Source: Podarcis cretensis
Taxonomy: Eukaryota
NCBI GenBank assembly: GCA_951804945.1
Contig: OX638152.1
Location: 44,640,001 to 44,704,000, forward strand
Length of the DNA stretch: 64,000 nucleotides
Direction: 5' to 3'
Shown here: positions 49,016-62,248 of the stretch, in pieces
Layout: the number at the start of each line of letters is the position of its first letter
Position numbering within the stretch: the first letter of the stretch is position 1
The notes under the pieces: generated by a model
Databases searched by the model: none
What the model was told of the DNA's origin: nothing
The model's input: the letters and a program-made list of their open reading frames with translations, nothing else
Made by a program: the position numbers and the translations under genes

Positions 49016-49584
49016 CTAAGGAACATTAACCTGCAAAAGCAATATGTGGAAAAATCCATTTGGATCTTTAACTGAAGAATTGATATTTGAGGAATGATGG
49101 AGCAAACAGATTTGCAGAAATTCAAATAGGCAATAAGGCTTGAAAATAGAATTCTTCCTCCAGGTTTCACAATCACTAGAGCTGACCTAATCTGAAGGAC
49201 ATTCTGTCAGTCTGAATAAACCAGCACTTTATGAAGCAAGACAACAATATTCAGGGAGTTCATTAATAGGCAATTCTGACTATAATTTAGCATCTTTTGG
49301 TATGTTCGTTTTCCTGGTAGCTGTGATGATGAGCTCATTGAAAAAGGTCAGACCAAGAAATGGGAAAGTGAGAAGATGTGGAATGGCAGCAATTATAAAT
49401 AAATTGCATGATGCATTATTGTGGGAATTTGAGCATGCTGGAAGTCAGGAGGATAACCCTGTGTACTTCGGATAAAGTTCAAGATAAATGTATGAACCCG
49501 AAGTAGAAACTGGTTTGATTACATTTGGGGCAATATGGAGATTTGCAGCATATTGTTCTTTTAAGGCAAGAAAATGACTTTCAG

Positions 49585-49586
<2 letters not shown>

Positions 49587-49621
<35 letters not shown>

Positions 49622-49622
49622 T
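49587..49622. repeat. (ATTT)n microsatellite
   Basis: Pure tetranucleotide run. Confidence 0.9.
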
Positions 49623-49801
49623 TGTTTTGAAATGCACAGTATGAGTCTGCTTGCAGCTGACCTCTTTCTTAAGCATTCAGCCTGACTTATATGCCCAAAA
49701 TATGTGAGGGGGTTAGACGATGAGGGCTATTTATTTAACATTCATTTTTATTTGTTTGCATGGAGTTTAAATGACATTGTGTCAAGTACTACCTTCTAGT
49801 C

Positions 49802-49937
49802 CAGGCATCCCCAACCTTTGGCCCTCCAGATGTTTTGAACTACAGTTCCCATCATCCCTGACCACTGGTCCTGTTAGCTAGGGATCGTGGGAGTTGTAGG
49901 CCAAAACATCTGGAGGGCCGCATGTTGGGGGTGCCTG
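49802..49937. mobile_element. hAT (Charlie-like) MITE
   Basis: caggcatccccaac...gttgggggtgcctg long inverted arms; perfect TSD ttctagtc (49794-49801, 49938-49945). Confidence 0.92.
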
Positions 49938-50289
49938 TTCTAGTCCATTTTACCATCACTTTCCTTAACACAAAAAGTTCAGTTTAGAGTGGGAAATGCA
50001 TTTGTTATTCCATCTGAACAGTGGTTGAACATGGTTCAGCTGGTCCTAAGGGTGTCAAGTCAACTTTAATAGCACAACCTGAATCTGCTGGTATGTGATT
50101 GAATCCCAACCCCAAATGATGAATATCTGGAAGCTCCCGGCATAATTTGTAACCATTTTAGATGCCAAATCTGTGACCTGCTAATGACATAACCTACATC
50201 TATTTTAAGAATCCAATTGGTCAGTTTCAACATTTTTCTGTACTTGGTCACCAGTCTATATTCTACAATATGATGCATTCACCACTGAG

Positions 50290-50292
<3 letters not shown>

Positions 50293-50334
<42 letters not shown>
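50293..50334. repeat. (CA)n microsatellite
   Basis: Pure CA run. Confidence 0.95.
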
Positions 50335-50335
<1 letters not shown>

Positions 50336-53116
50336 AAGTGCACATTTAGTGAAGTATTTCTTGGTGTTTGAGGAAAATAATTCCCTGGTTCCTTCCCCAG
50401 GAACCAAGAAGAGAAGTTTCAAAGGAAGCTCCTTTGAAAAGATTGACCCTGGTTTGTACTTCTAACTAATTAGCAGAAAGCTCACAATGTTCATTCAGAC
50501 CAGATGCTGGGTAAAGAAGGCCATTAGGCACATAAATCAAAGAGATGATGATTAGGGTGACAAGGCAGGTCATCTGCTTGGTCTATAGCAGAAATATCTT
50601 TCCTTGAAATGCTCTTTCCATGTGCCCAAATTCCCACGCGGGCTCCCATCTCCGACAACCCCAACTCATTAACATGAAATTCCATGACTCTTGTGCCTCG
50701 TTACGCATACCACATTCTCTCCAGCAACAGTTTTCCATTTATTTAAAATTTATTTTGCCCTTCTTTGTCCCACACAGCAATATCCCCGTTTTGACAATTA
50801 TCGGTAAGAAGGAAAGAGGCTGAGGCTCTATCTCTCTTACAGAAGAAGGTTCTGACAGTTTCGATTTCAAGTTTCATCCACATTTTAAGATACAACAGTT
50901 GCTATCCACTGTTTGGTATGTAGAAGATAATCTCACTTAATGCTTGTCAGACTCCCTTAACCTTGCTGTACTGTTTCTGATGCATATTGAGGCTATTAGG
51001 AGGAGAATTATAGCTTTCCATTGTGAACAGGTTTTTAAGATTCTCATAAAGGTAGAGGCTATGAAGCTGAGAAATATTTTATTCTTTTCAGTAGGCAGCT
51101 TAGACACATTTTAATCTTCATTTTACTCCACTTGATCACATTAATGCTTTCTAAATATTAGGCCCTCGGCTGAAGATGCTCCATAAGAGAGAAAGAGAGG
51201 TTTGGTTTTTTCCCCCATCTAACCAGTTACAGTAGCATGAAACTTAGTACAGCTAATATTTCTTAAGGAGTTTGGATATTACATTAATTACTTAGGCTTA
51301 TACTCCTCATCTTTAATAACTCCCCAGCTCTGGATGTGGGTTGTTGCTTTGTGTGCTTTTGTTAGCTGGTTGTTATTCTACTGCTTTTAATCTTGTAACC
51401 TGCTCTGAGGTCTTCTGACAAAGAGGATATAAATTCAGGGTGGATAAATTCAATGTCACAGTAATATGATCATTCCATTAGTGCAACCATTTCTACTTGC
51501 TGGACGGAACCAGCTCACCACCCCCTCCTGCCATTGTACTGTTCTGGGAGTTTTCCCAACCTCCCAGAGAAGTTTTTGGGGAGTTGCAGGGGGCATTGAG
51601 AGGGGGTGGGGGGAAAGCTCTATGTGCTAGTAGGAGTCCTTTCATTGCCTTCTGCTAGCACACTGGTTTAGTTGAACCAGACCCCTAAAGAATAAATAAG
51701 CTGCTGTGCTCCTTATGCCAGGTATGATAGGTATTACACAGAAAGGTGCTTTCCCATGCCCACATAAAGAGAATTCCTTTGCGTACAAAGATATATGTTA
51801 TAAGAGTGGCCTCTGCAGTCCAAACCATTGCTACCATGCTTGTTTGGGACAGGTGTCTGCATTCAAAAAATAAGCCCTTCTAGAATAAGAATGCCTGGAT
51901 ACAACCTGTGGTTCGCAGTGAGTTCATTTTTCCTTTGCTACCTGCCCTAGAAAAACCTGTAATAAAATGTGGGTAATAGATATATTTTACAGATCTTAGA
52001 AAACAAGTAGAATTGTTTTTTTAAAAAAACCAGAACTGATAAAACACACCACATTTAAAATATGTGTGTTCCAGACAGACAGCTGGATGAGAAAATTGGA
52101 AATAAATGCTTGTCATTGGTCTAGGCATTTCAACTGGTTACATAACAAGAGATTTTATTGCAGCTCTGCTGCACAGAATATGCATATAATGTTTGATAAT
52201 ATAGGGTAGCCATATTCCAAAAGACCCTGAACTGAGATTCCCAGTGCTGAAGCTGTGAAATATTGCCAGACATACGTACCATTCCCCTCCAATTACTTGC
52301 TGCTGTGCAACTCTAGTGTTTAGGGTGGTGCACACAGAATGAGTGGCTGCCACCACATAAACAGTGCTTTTCAGCACAAACCTAAACTTGTCTACTCAGA
52401 AATAAGTCCCATTGAGCTCAGTGTGCTTAATGACATGTGAGTTGTTATAGGATTGCAGCCTTAAATGATTTCCCATGGCCGTCATCTTGTGACAAACCAG
52501 GTGCACCCACTATACAATAGGGGGATGTTTTGATTTTTATGCAGTTCTTTCTTATAATTCCCATGGTGCCATTGTTTTGTCAAAGCCTTCTGCTCATTGG
52601 TCATGACCCCAGATGCCAAGGATCCCCCCACCAGCTGTGCATTGTCAGAAAGCCCTATACACAGATGCATGTGCATAAGTATTTTCATGAAAATGAATCC
52701 TGGACAATCATGGCTCTACTCTCCTATCAAAACACACCAAGATCACCACACTCCTGCCAAATTGTAGGGGCCTGGCTGGATGTAACAAGGTAAGAAACCT
52801 GACTAGCAGGCATAAATCCTTCTGTAACGGGTGAAGGGGTCATCTGAATGATCCCAAACCCAGGCAGTGCAACAAATATGGGTCTGGAGACCTAGAAGAG
52901 GAGTGTCTTAGAGGGACATTAGAAGAGGACTTGTTTGTTCCATAATCAAATGGCCTACTATCTAGTTTTATTTTACATACAGAGTGAGTGAATGACACAT
53001 TCATTCATTATCTCCTGAGTTTTCAGGCTATAGCTCTTCTGCACACAGTGGTAAATCAATTCAGCAGCAGCAGGAGGAGAAAGACCACAGCAATTGAGAC
53101 ATGTGGAAAAGTCACA

Positions 53117-53286
53117 GTGTATGGTCTGAATGTACCTGAGGTGACCACCTTACTGAACTTAAGCGTGTCTTGGTCTGGTCAATGCCTGGATGAGTGACTG
53201 CCTCGGAACCATATGTTCTGCCTTGGGTTTCTTGATGGGAGAGAGGAGGGATATAAATGTAAGAAAATACATAAATACATAAATAG
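53117..53286 (+). mobile_element. 5S rRNA-derived SINE (SINE3-type), old
   Basis: gaacttaagcgtgtcttggtctggtcaatgcctggatgagtgactgcctcggaac aligns to the 5S internal control region; followed by gggatataaat and an (AAAT)-like tail. Confidence 0.65.
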
Positions 53287-56200
53287 GGATGCTTGAGGAA
53301 TTTGATCTTTGCAAATTCTGATATGAACTGACCCGATCCACAGGTTTCAGACTGATGTGCAGATCAAACTTATTTGTCTCTCAGCTTTTACATTTCCCAA
53401 ATGTTCCAAGCTGAAAAAAGCATAAAAGTACATTTTAAAATGTGTGTTGTGATGAAAATTGTATTTTTAAAAAAACACTGTTTAGTTTCAAATACCCAAG
53501 CATAGTTTTTATTTTGTTCAAATCTGTGCAGAAATGAAGAGAATGGGTTTATGGGTGAAAACATATGAAAGAAACATGAAGTAGTAGCCCAGCCTTAACA
53601 ATTACAGAGCACACGTGTCCTGCCTTTGCAATAGCTAGTGGGAAAGCTCAAACATCACTAGCAGCAGCCAACCCAGGATTCAGGACTTTTGCCTAGATCT
53701 GCCTATTTTGCATGCATTCATCTCTGTCTCATCACTTTCTATGTTAATTACAGCAATTATCATGGGTATATTGAAGCAGTGGGTGCTGTTGCCCAGTGGC
53801 AACTCTCACGATGGTGGCCTGTTCGCTAATATTTTGAAAAAGTCAGCTATTATTTTTTTTTGCCCTGAAAGTTTAAAAGTCATTTTCCCTCATGTAATTT
53901 TCTTATCCTGTCGGAAGAAAATGTAGCGAAGAGGAACTAGATGACAACTGCCAGCAATTTTTAGGAAATCATCCTTGAATCAGTGAGTCAAGTAAAGTTG
54001 CCAGCACATAATTATCCCCTTCATATGTCCCACTGATTTTAGAGTCAGAGAGCAATTCTACATGTTTAGTCTTGATTTTGATTTTCTACAAGTTTAACAG
54101 CAGCAATATTTCTTCATTAACGGGTAAAAAAAAAAGCATCATTCAAATAGTAGGAAACCTGTATTCTGGCTTTCTTCAGGTGATTCCCCCTTGCTTCATT
54201 TTTACCGTGTGCCTCCATCCTCAGGCACTCTATTTTTATGCTGTCATGTTGCCTCTTCCTGCTCCCCCCACCCCCGTTTCTATAGACAATTTAACACCAG
54301 CCACAGCCAGGTAGTTGCCGTGCTTCTATTAAATAATGCTTGTGCAGCAGATGGCAGGAATGACTAAGCATGCATTTGCTACAATAATATAAGGAACAAC
54401 AGCAACAATAACAAATCTGCCAGCTGGCTTTCTTCATTGCTATTACATAGTGTTGTGCTGCTTAAGAATAACGTTTCAAGACTGGCTTTCTGGAGGAAAG
54501 AGGAAGAATGACAAATTAGGAATGCATCACAAATGTCCATCTATATGGGATGGGATCAGAGACAAAGTTAGTGAAATCATAGCTATGGAATGGGGGGAAT
54601 AGCACAAACCTAAGGGTGAACTGGACGGGACTGTAGGTTGGGAACTACAGAACAAGAACTTCGTAATATAGTTAAGTTGACATAGGTTTAAGTCACAGGA
54701 GAGAGACTGATTCTTGACCTGGAATGGCCCCATTAGGTTTTCCAATGACAGGGGGCTCAAGGGCAGGTCTGCCCAGGCAGACTGGTAAAAGTGATGACAA
54801 AATGTGATAAATATTGTTGGAACTCATATTCTCTGTTCTGAAAATAAATGTGATAAAATGCAGTGGCTATGGGTTCAAAGAGCTTCCATCATATAAGATG
54901 CAAGATACAGTGGCTAAGTTGAGAATCTTGTCACAAGCCCTTCAAGTATTTCCCCAACCTGGTGTCCTTGTTGGACTATAAATTCCATCATCTCTTATCA
55001 TTGACCATGGTGAGAGTTGGAGTCAAGCAACACCCGGAAGGCACCATATTGGAAAGAAAAAAACCCTGGCTTATATAATATGTATCACTATAGATGATGG
55101 CTGAGAATAGGGTTCAAGCACTGGATGGCGTGAATTCAAAATATACAGTGAAAATTTGTATGGAAGTGAGTTCTGTTTTCATTTAGATTTTAATTCAGTT
55201 TAGATGAACAGTATGAAATACCTCATGGTTGAAGGATGTTTTTGACTATAACTCCCATTAGTCATATCCATAAAGGGATGATGGGAACATTGTGTTGGGG
55301 AAAACTAGACTAGATATTAGAAGTAAAAAATTCAGGAGTATGAAGTCTTTGTTTACACACCCATTCTGATTATTCAGGCATTGCTATATTCAAAGCATCT
55401 TCCTGTGCACTGTCTCCTGTCCCTGTTTTTGCATCATTCTGAGATTTTTCAGTCTCTAATGGGCCTCTTTTATTTAATAGTTGGTTGGAGCAGGACAAAA
55501 GCTGGCGGTGTGACAGTTGGGAGCTCCATGTGCAACAGGAGTAAGGTCTTTTTAGCATGTGTTATCTAAGCAGCAGGTTTTGGTCTTTTCTGAGTTTATT
55601 TTGTGATGGCAGGTTACAAAGAAGGAGAAATAATCCCTGGGTGCTGTTTAATTAGAATGAGTGATGTTTGTTCTGAGGTTTGCAGACAGCACTGACACTC
55701 CAGTATGCTTTTGCTAGGTGATAGCCCAGTGACAATTGACAGAACAACAGCATCTGCAAAACTAGGGGATAATAACATTTCTGTTTTTCAAGCACTTCTG
55801 GGAGAACAGATAAGCCCTGCTAAAGGATCTCAAGGTCATAAAGCCAGGCTCAGTTGCAACAGAGAAGAAGCAAGTTCTAGATTTGACGCCTCCTCTGAGC
55901 TATAACTTTATGGCTTACATTTTCACTCCCCCCACCCCAAGTTATATTAAAAAATACTTTTCAGACTTGGGTCTCCTAATTAGTGAAAGTCAAAGAAGCA
56001 CTCAGCAAAGGTAAAGCAAAGGTAAATGTGGTCATGCAAAACAAGGAGAAGTCAGAGGAAGAAATCCAAGTCTTCTTGTTGCATGGACAAAAGGGCAAAC
56101 CTGATTCAGCTTTATAGGGACCTTGCTTGTCATTTGAGTTACTCTGGCCTATCAGTGTTTCAAGAGGCTTTTTGAAGGCTGAGCTGGTCATCCTGAGGTC

Positions 56201-57759
56201 ATCCAGAAACATTATGTTGCTTCCTGCATTGGTCAATGCCCAGTGGCTGCCCAGTTTCTACCCACCATGTTCTTTGTTCAGGATGCTGGCAAGGGGAAAT
56301 ACTGTGGTCCTCCAGAACTATTTTCTCCAGAATGAGAGAAAACAGGTGGAGGGGAATGTGTTGGTGATAGTAGTGCTACTGATGCCACTCAGATCTGCCA
56401 CTCCAGGGAACGAACCTGAGTTGCCCTCTCATAAATATGTCTCTGCGTGTGGATCATGTTTAGGTAATAGGTTAGGGGCAAAGATTGTCACCCTCTCATG
56501 CATGTGCTTTGAATGGGGGAGGCGAAGCAACAAAATTACTAGAAATAGCTTTAGTAGAGAAGCTGTAGCCACTCATTAGATTTCTGTGCTAATGTGGGAA
56601 ATTACACAAAGCTGTAATGAGGTCACAATGTCAGTACCATCCTGGTGAGTCACTGTGCTGGTCCGCAATAGAAAATATCCCCTCTCCTCTCTCTTTGATG
56701 TGCTTATCTCCAACTCCCAATCTCACACCTTGGCAAAGTGGTTGGTTTGGCTGGAGGAAATAATGGATGTCGGTGATGGTTATGTTGATGACAACAATTA
56801 TGATGATTACACTATCCGTCAGTTAAAAAAAAAAGTACATGGATGATTTTCATAAAAGAAAATAGAAAAACAATTAAATTATAAATATTACAGCTGGATA
56901 ATAAAAGACACAAGAACTAAAAGGCAGCAGGATCTTAAAAGCCAGATAACAGTAAGGGCTAAAATTAGGGGATGGATGAATCTGTCCCATTCTCTTGCAC
57001 ACTTTTTTTTCCACATGTGGCTTTCTTAAAGTACTCCTGTCCTGTTTCTGTGCAATATTTTTAGGATAAATGAAGGAAATCATTTTTTAAAAAAGAAAAA
57101 CCAACCTTCGCACAGAGACACAAAATGAGATATGGTTATGAGGGATACTGAGGGCTGTTCTTTCTTTCCTGCCTCTTAATAGGGTGCAATTGCTTGGAGC
57201 AGCTTTTAATGCCCTTTAAAATGTAGTGTGCTGTCACTTCATGTGTAATTCTATGCATAAAGGGCTAGTGTACGTACAAATAAATGGCCAGTGTTACATC
57301 TCTTTAAGAGGCTTGTTATGTTTTAGAGAGACACACCCTCCGGGTGCTTTAAGTAGGAGGGTGGAGCCCCAGCCAGAGGGAGACTGCAGGTGGGAGTTGT
57401 GGAGAGGTTGCTATCTTGGAACAGGACCATGTTAAAGTAAAGTAAAGACCTTTGGGTATAGGGCAGTATAGAAATAAAACAAATAAAATATGAAAACTGT
57501 GTTGAAGAAATCTGACACCCGTCTTTACTGGTGCATATGAAAACATTACAGATGCCCTTATGTTGAACTGATGGGGCAGACAGCTTTTGCATGTAATTTT
57601 CACAGGAATATATTACACAGGAGGTTATGTGTAGCCCATGCTCAGTTCCAAGAACTCATGTGACAGGACAAAAAATGGGGGCAGGGGGAGGTTCAAAGCA
57701 AATTGGGGACTGGATCCTCTAACAGCCCTAGCTAAAATGATGTCAAAAGGCATGGGAAG

Positions 57760-58090
57760 AGTAGAAAGGTCTTGCCTGTGTCAAGAGGCTGAGCAAATAA
57801 GGCACTAGGTGGACCTCTCGGAGGAAGGTATTCCCCAACTGGGATGTCAACAGTAAAAAGGCTCTCTTCCTTGTAGCAAGGGCACCCTCAGATGTTAAGA
57901 TCTTAGCATACAGAAAGACACAGAGGGACCTTTGAGTCTGTCATTCCTAAGCCAAGAAGGGCTTTGAATTGGATCCAGAAATGGACTTGCAGCCAGTGCA
58001 ATTGGCATAGCATCAGCATGATGCCCAGTCCCAGTCAGGAATGTAGTTACCACTTTCAGAAGTACCTGCAATTTCTGAGTTGTCTTCAGT
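57760..58090 (-). mobile_element. Old L2 fragment
   Basis: ggaaggtattccccaac...aaaaggctctct...ttgaattggatccagaaa...gcagccagtgca parallels 36540-36790. Confidence 0.6.
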
Positions 58091-60058
58091 AGCTCAGGGG
58101 GGCATCTTTATAGGGCGCTTCACTTAGAGTTCATTGCATTGGTCTAACCTGGAAGTTCCCACAGCATGGATCACTTAGAGTTATGTTACCTTCAAGGAAG
58201 GAAAGAAAGAGACGGCAATGACAGTGACAGTAGCGCAAGTGGAGCGTTAGTCCCAGGAATTCCAAAAGTAGATCAGATCCAGGTGATGTCAGAGGAAGTA
58301 ACAGGGCTACATGTGTAGCAGATACCATGGACAGCTCAAAAGGAAGAGAAGTCATGTCACAGGATTAGGAATTGGGGTACTTTAATAGTCTGTATAGGTA
58401 TTATTCCCTGACTCCTTCCTCCAAGAAATGGGATTTGAATATAAAATAAAAACCACTTACTATGTCACATCTTCTATGCCTAGACTGTCTTTTTAAAGGA
58501 GCATATAAATTTTAAAATAATAATTTACATTTTATTTGAATGTGGGAAAGTTCCTTTCTGTTGGGAAACAGTGCCTCACTGAGCTCATACACATATTGGC
58601 AGAGATTTTTATATGCTCCTGTAAATAAAGCAAGGCTAATATGCTCACCATTAGCTCTTTTAAGAGCTAGCAAATAGGCTAAATGGCCCTTTCTCAATTG
58701 TAACATTTTACATTGTTTAGGCATCATGGGCTTTAAGCCGACATCCTGGTTTTTGTTTATGTTTTTAAGATGATAGTGGCTGCAGATGATTCTGCTTGGA
58801 AGAAAACCGAGTCTCTTAACACTTTCATATACCCCCAGTGAGCAATCAAGAGGTTGAGTGCAGCACTGTAAGGTTTAATGTGAGACCACCCCTTGCCCCC
58901 TTTTCCCTAGGGAAATTAGAAAACAATCTCTTTCTAATGGTGCAAATTTGGGAGCCCAATCTCCTTTAGCCTTCATAAAAATCTAGGTCTCACATGTATT
59001 CTTTTATCTTTAAAAATCAGCTGTATGGATGAAGTGTTCCACTAAAAAAAGAAAACAGTGTACTCTCAGATAGCCATTTGTTTATTTTGTTTTCTCAAAT
59101 ATGAACTTCGAGTTCATTATTTATCTAGTAGCTGTCAGACATTCCAAACAGATGGTTAATTTTCACTCTTCCCCCACCTATTCTGTTGAGAACAGGCTGT
59201 TTCTTTTTCTTTCGTTCTTTAAAAAAACCCAAACACTACAAAGATTGCCCATTAGACAATACCTGTAATCAGAAGAAAAGCATGTTCAGAGATGACAAAG
59301 TATGCAGTTTATCTCCAGGGCCTACGCATCAAAACAAGAATGCACTAGAGAACCTCTTGGTTTTTTTAAAAGAGAAAAGTTGCATTCCATCTACATATGG
59401 ATGGATCAAGCTCAGTGTGTACTGAAAATAATTCAGGAAAACTGAATTATTTTATTGAACGTCTGCTGGAGGCAAACGAGCGAACTTTAAGCCAAGTCCA
59501 TGATAAACTGGGGCTTCAGACCTTTTGCAGTAGTTCCAAACTTCCTCAAATTTATTGTGGTCTAGAGGACTTCGGGGAATTGCTTTGAATACTCATGGGC
59601 CCATAAACACCACTGTAGATTTTCGTGGCAGCATTAAAAAGCTGGCAGGAGTAATGGGAAATGTTGCTCTTGTGGGTCCCAGCATCCATGGACCCTGTTG
59701 CAGTAGTGGCTGGTGGGGTGCAGAGGGGTGGGACACTGCCGTTTACCTGCATTCCAAATGTGAAGATTGCTTGAGATAACCAAGAGGGGGAGAGTAGGAG
59801 TGAGGTGGCAGAGCAATCAGGGTGGTGTAGCTGCAGTGGTGAGAGAACTGGATTGGCTCCACTGCCACACCAGCATCATTCCACCTCACCCCTCTCCTTT
59901 GTTACTGGCAGCAACCTTTGTGTTAGGAAGCCACATAAGAAACACTGCCCCACCCTGTGCCACCAGCCACTGTTCCTTATGCTTGTATGATTCCCAGCAT
60001 CCCACAGCTTAGCTATGAGCATATGTAGCCATTTCCAGGAGATATATTCCATTTGCAT

Positions 60059-60062
<4 letters not shown>

Positions 60063-60108
<46 letters not shown>
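60063..60108. repeat. (CT)n microsatellite
   Basis: Pure CT run. Confidence 0.95.
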
Positions 60109-60111
<3 letters not shown>

Positions 60112-60163
60112 CTCGTAACTCCATCCTCCATCTCCACACACACATATCTTCCAGGGATACACT

Positions 60164-60760
60164 GGTTGCGTGGTGAGTTCCCACCCCCACCCCCAGTGGA
60201 AATAAAGACACATGACACAATTATTAAGGTTAACGGGCAAAATAAGGCCACAACTTTATTGGTTACAGGTGATGAGCGGTATTGGCTTAGGCATTGGTCC
60301 TAAGTGACTATATCCGGCTTCAGCCCATCCGCTTGAAGTCCGGGAAGGGTTAACCACCAGTAGGGGAGTCCTGCTGATGCACATCAACTAGGAACTCCCC
60401 CGGGGTCACCGCTCGGGGGCATGCCTTGGGCCCTCACCTCCATAGGCTTTGGGCAGGGCCACGCCCCCCCCCCCCGAATCCTTTATCGGACTACCCTTCA
60501 ATATGTGGGGCAGGTGATGGTGTTTCCTCCCCTCTTCCATCTACATAACAATACCAATACCAATGCTTAACCGCCACCCGAGCAAAGGCTCACCGTCAAT
60601 ACCTTCAAACCTGCAACCAATTGGCTGGCCAGAGAGTGACGCGGCTGGGGATTCCCCAAACCATGCGGGGGATGGGCTCCAGCCACCGCACACGTGGTAG
60701 GAGTGTGAAGCCCGCAACCCCACCTCCTCTGTAGGGCGGAAGTGGCTATATCACACAAAC
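60164..60760 (-). mobile_element. LTR (Gypsy-like), related to 18374-19085, 5' end unclear
   Basis: ggccacaactttattg (reverse of aataaagttgtggcc) at ~60246; gttgcg terminus; TATA-like element near 60748. Confidence 0.7.
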
Positions 60761-60864
60761 CCCTCCAGTATGTCAGGCTCTTTCAGGAAGGGGGAAGAAT
60801 GTGGAGGGTGAAATTATGTTCTCCCCCCTGATTTTCCCCTCTCCCTGAAAGACCTTGATATACT

Positions 60865-62082
60865 TGGGACAGAGAAGGGGGGTGCCAGATCCATTCTAAC
60901 CCCTGGACTCAGCAAGTGTTAAAATATGTTACACACCACCCCCAATCTCTTCCAAGAGATGACATGACTCCAGGGGGTTCCAGACACTCACCAAAGGTTG
61001 TGTTTTCATCTAGAAAATTAGACATGGCGGAAGCTGTAGTGTTTTTAAGATGCATGGCTTTATTTACACACATATATACACATAGAGAGGGTTCTTAAGA
61101 GAAGCCAGCTCCAATCTGCAAGGAGCTGAATCAGCAGTGGATGCTTCCTGCACCTCGTGCTGTTGGCTTCTTCTCCTCAGCCCCCACATGACGTCCCCCT
61201 ACTTCTGACTTCTTCCAAGAACACCTTGCCAAACACAACCCCCTTTTTTTGTTACATCTTCACCCACCATAACCCTGGCAACCTCCATTTCATACACACA
61301 AAGGGTTTTTCCTCCAGCTGCATTCTCCACCAAGCCTCTGGCAAAGGGATGCTTTCCCCCTCTTCCTTACCTCAGGAAACAACAATTGCCCACACCATCC
61401 AAACTTTGTTCCCTGTTAATGGTCCTTATATAACAGCTATGCCAAGCTGGCCTCAGCTTTTATCATAAGCATAACCCAGGGATTTTCGCACTTGGCACAG
61501 TTTTAACCAAACCTTGATTAATTATACCTTTTACTAACTCCAAAACTTATGGGAAGCCTGCCCTCTTTGAAACTCATAACAAATATAAGGCAGGCTAGCT
61601 TCCCGTGTTCAGGTAATTGCCTGGGTGATGGACCATGAAGAAAACAAAGGAAAGGTGATGGGCCATTAAAAGAGAACAAAGATAAAATAATGGTCCATTA
61701 AGAGAGCAATGGAAAGGGGGCCCTGTACCAGATTGCAAATGGGTGGGGCCCCTCTTCCGGCTCTTAGGTCCAAAGCTAGAGCAACATGTAATGTGACCTA
61801 CAAGTAAAGCTTCAGGCTGGAAAGGCAGGGGGGAAGCCACAGCTGATTTCTGCTTGAATCCAAGGCTGTGGCTATGGAAGAAACAGGACCCTCTTTGTGA
61901 TATTAATGCCATGAACCCCTCCATCATAGACTCAGGTTGTACATATGTGTAAATAAACCATATATTCTAAAGACACTGCAGTCTCCACCATGCCTCATTT
62001 CCAAAAGGAAACACAAATCCTGAGTAAATGCCTGGAACTCCTGGAATCTTGCACCGCTCAGAGATTGAGGTGGCACACAACA
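60865..62082 (+). mobile_element. LTR split by an inverted LTR of the same family
   Basis: 60880-60926 joined to 61582-62082 is collinear with the 34.5-kb LTR (ggtgccaga...taaaata|taaggcaggctagcttcc...gtgtaaataaacc...tcatttccaaaaggaaac...acaaca). Left boundary uncertain. Confidence 0.75.
60927..61581 (-). mobile_element. Solo LTR inserted in inverted orientation
   Basis: tgtta...taaca termini; 4-bp TSD aata; 60927-61080 matches the reverse complement of 61935-62082. Confidence 0.85.
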
Positions 62083-62248
62083 TGCCTCTGAATACCTGCT
62101 GCTGGAGAAAACTAGTAGGGAGAGTGATGTTGTACTCAGGTCATGCTTGTGGGCTTCCTAAAAGCGTGTGGCTTGCCTGTTCCATTGTGAGAACAGAATG
62201 CTGGACTACATGGGCCTTTGTCTGATTCAGCAAGTCTCATAATGTTCC
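62083..62248 (+). mobile_element. CR1-type 3' end
   Basis: cctctgaatacc...tgtgagaacagaatgctggactacatgggcc...tgattcagcaag...atgttc. Confidence 0.65.

Noticed and set aside
55976-56579. Longer ORFs in unique DNA (also 11189, 18062, 18252, 40491)
   Set aside because: No recognisable domains or consistent splice structure; lengths are compatible with chance.
60771-60864. tgtcagg as the true 5' end of the plus-strand LTR
   Set aside because: No matching TSD with the 62082 end and no similarity to the start of the 34.5-kb LTR; boundary left unresolved.
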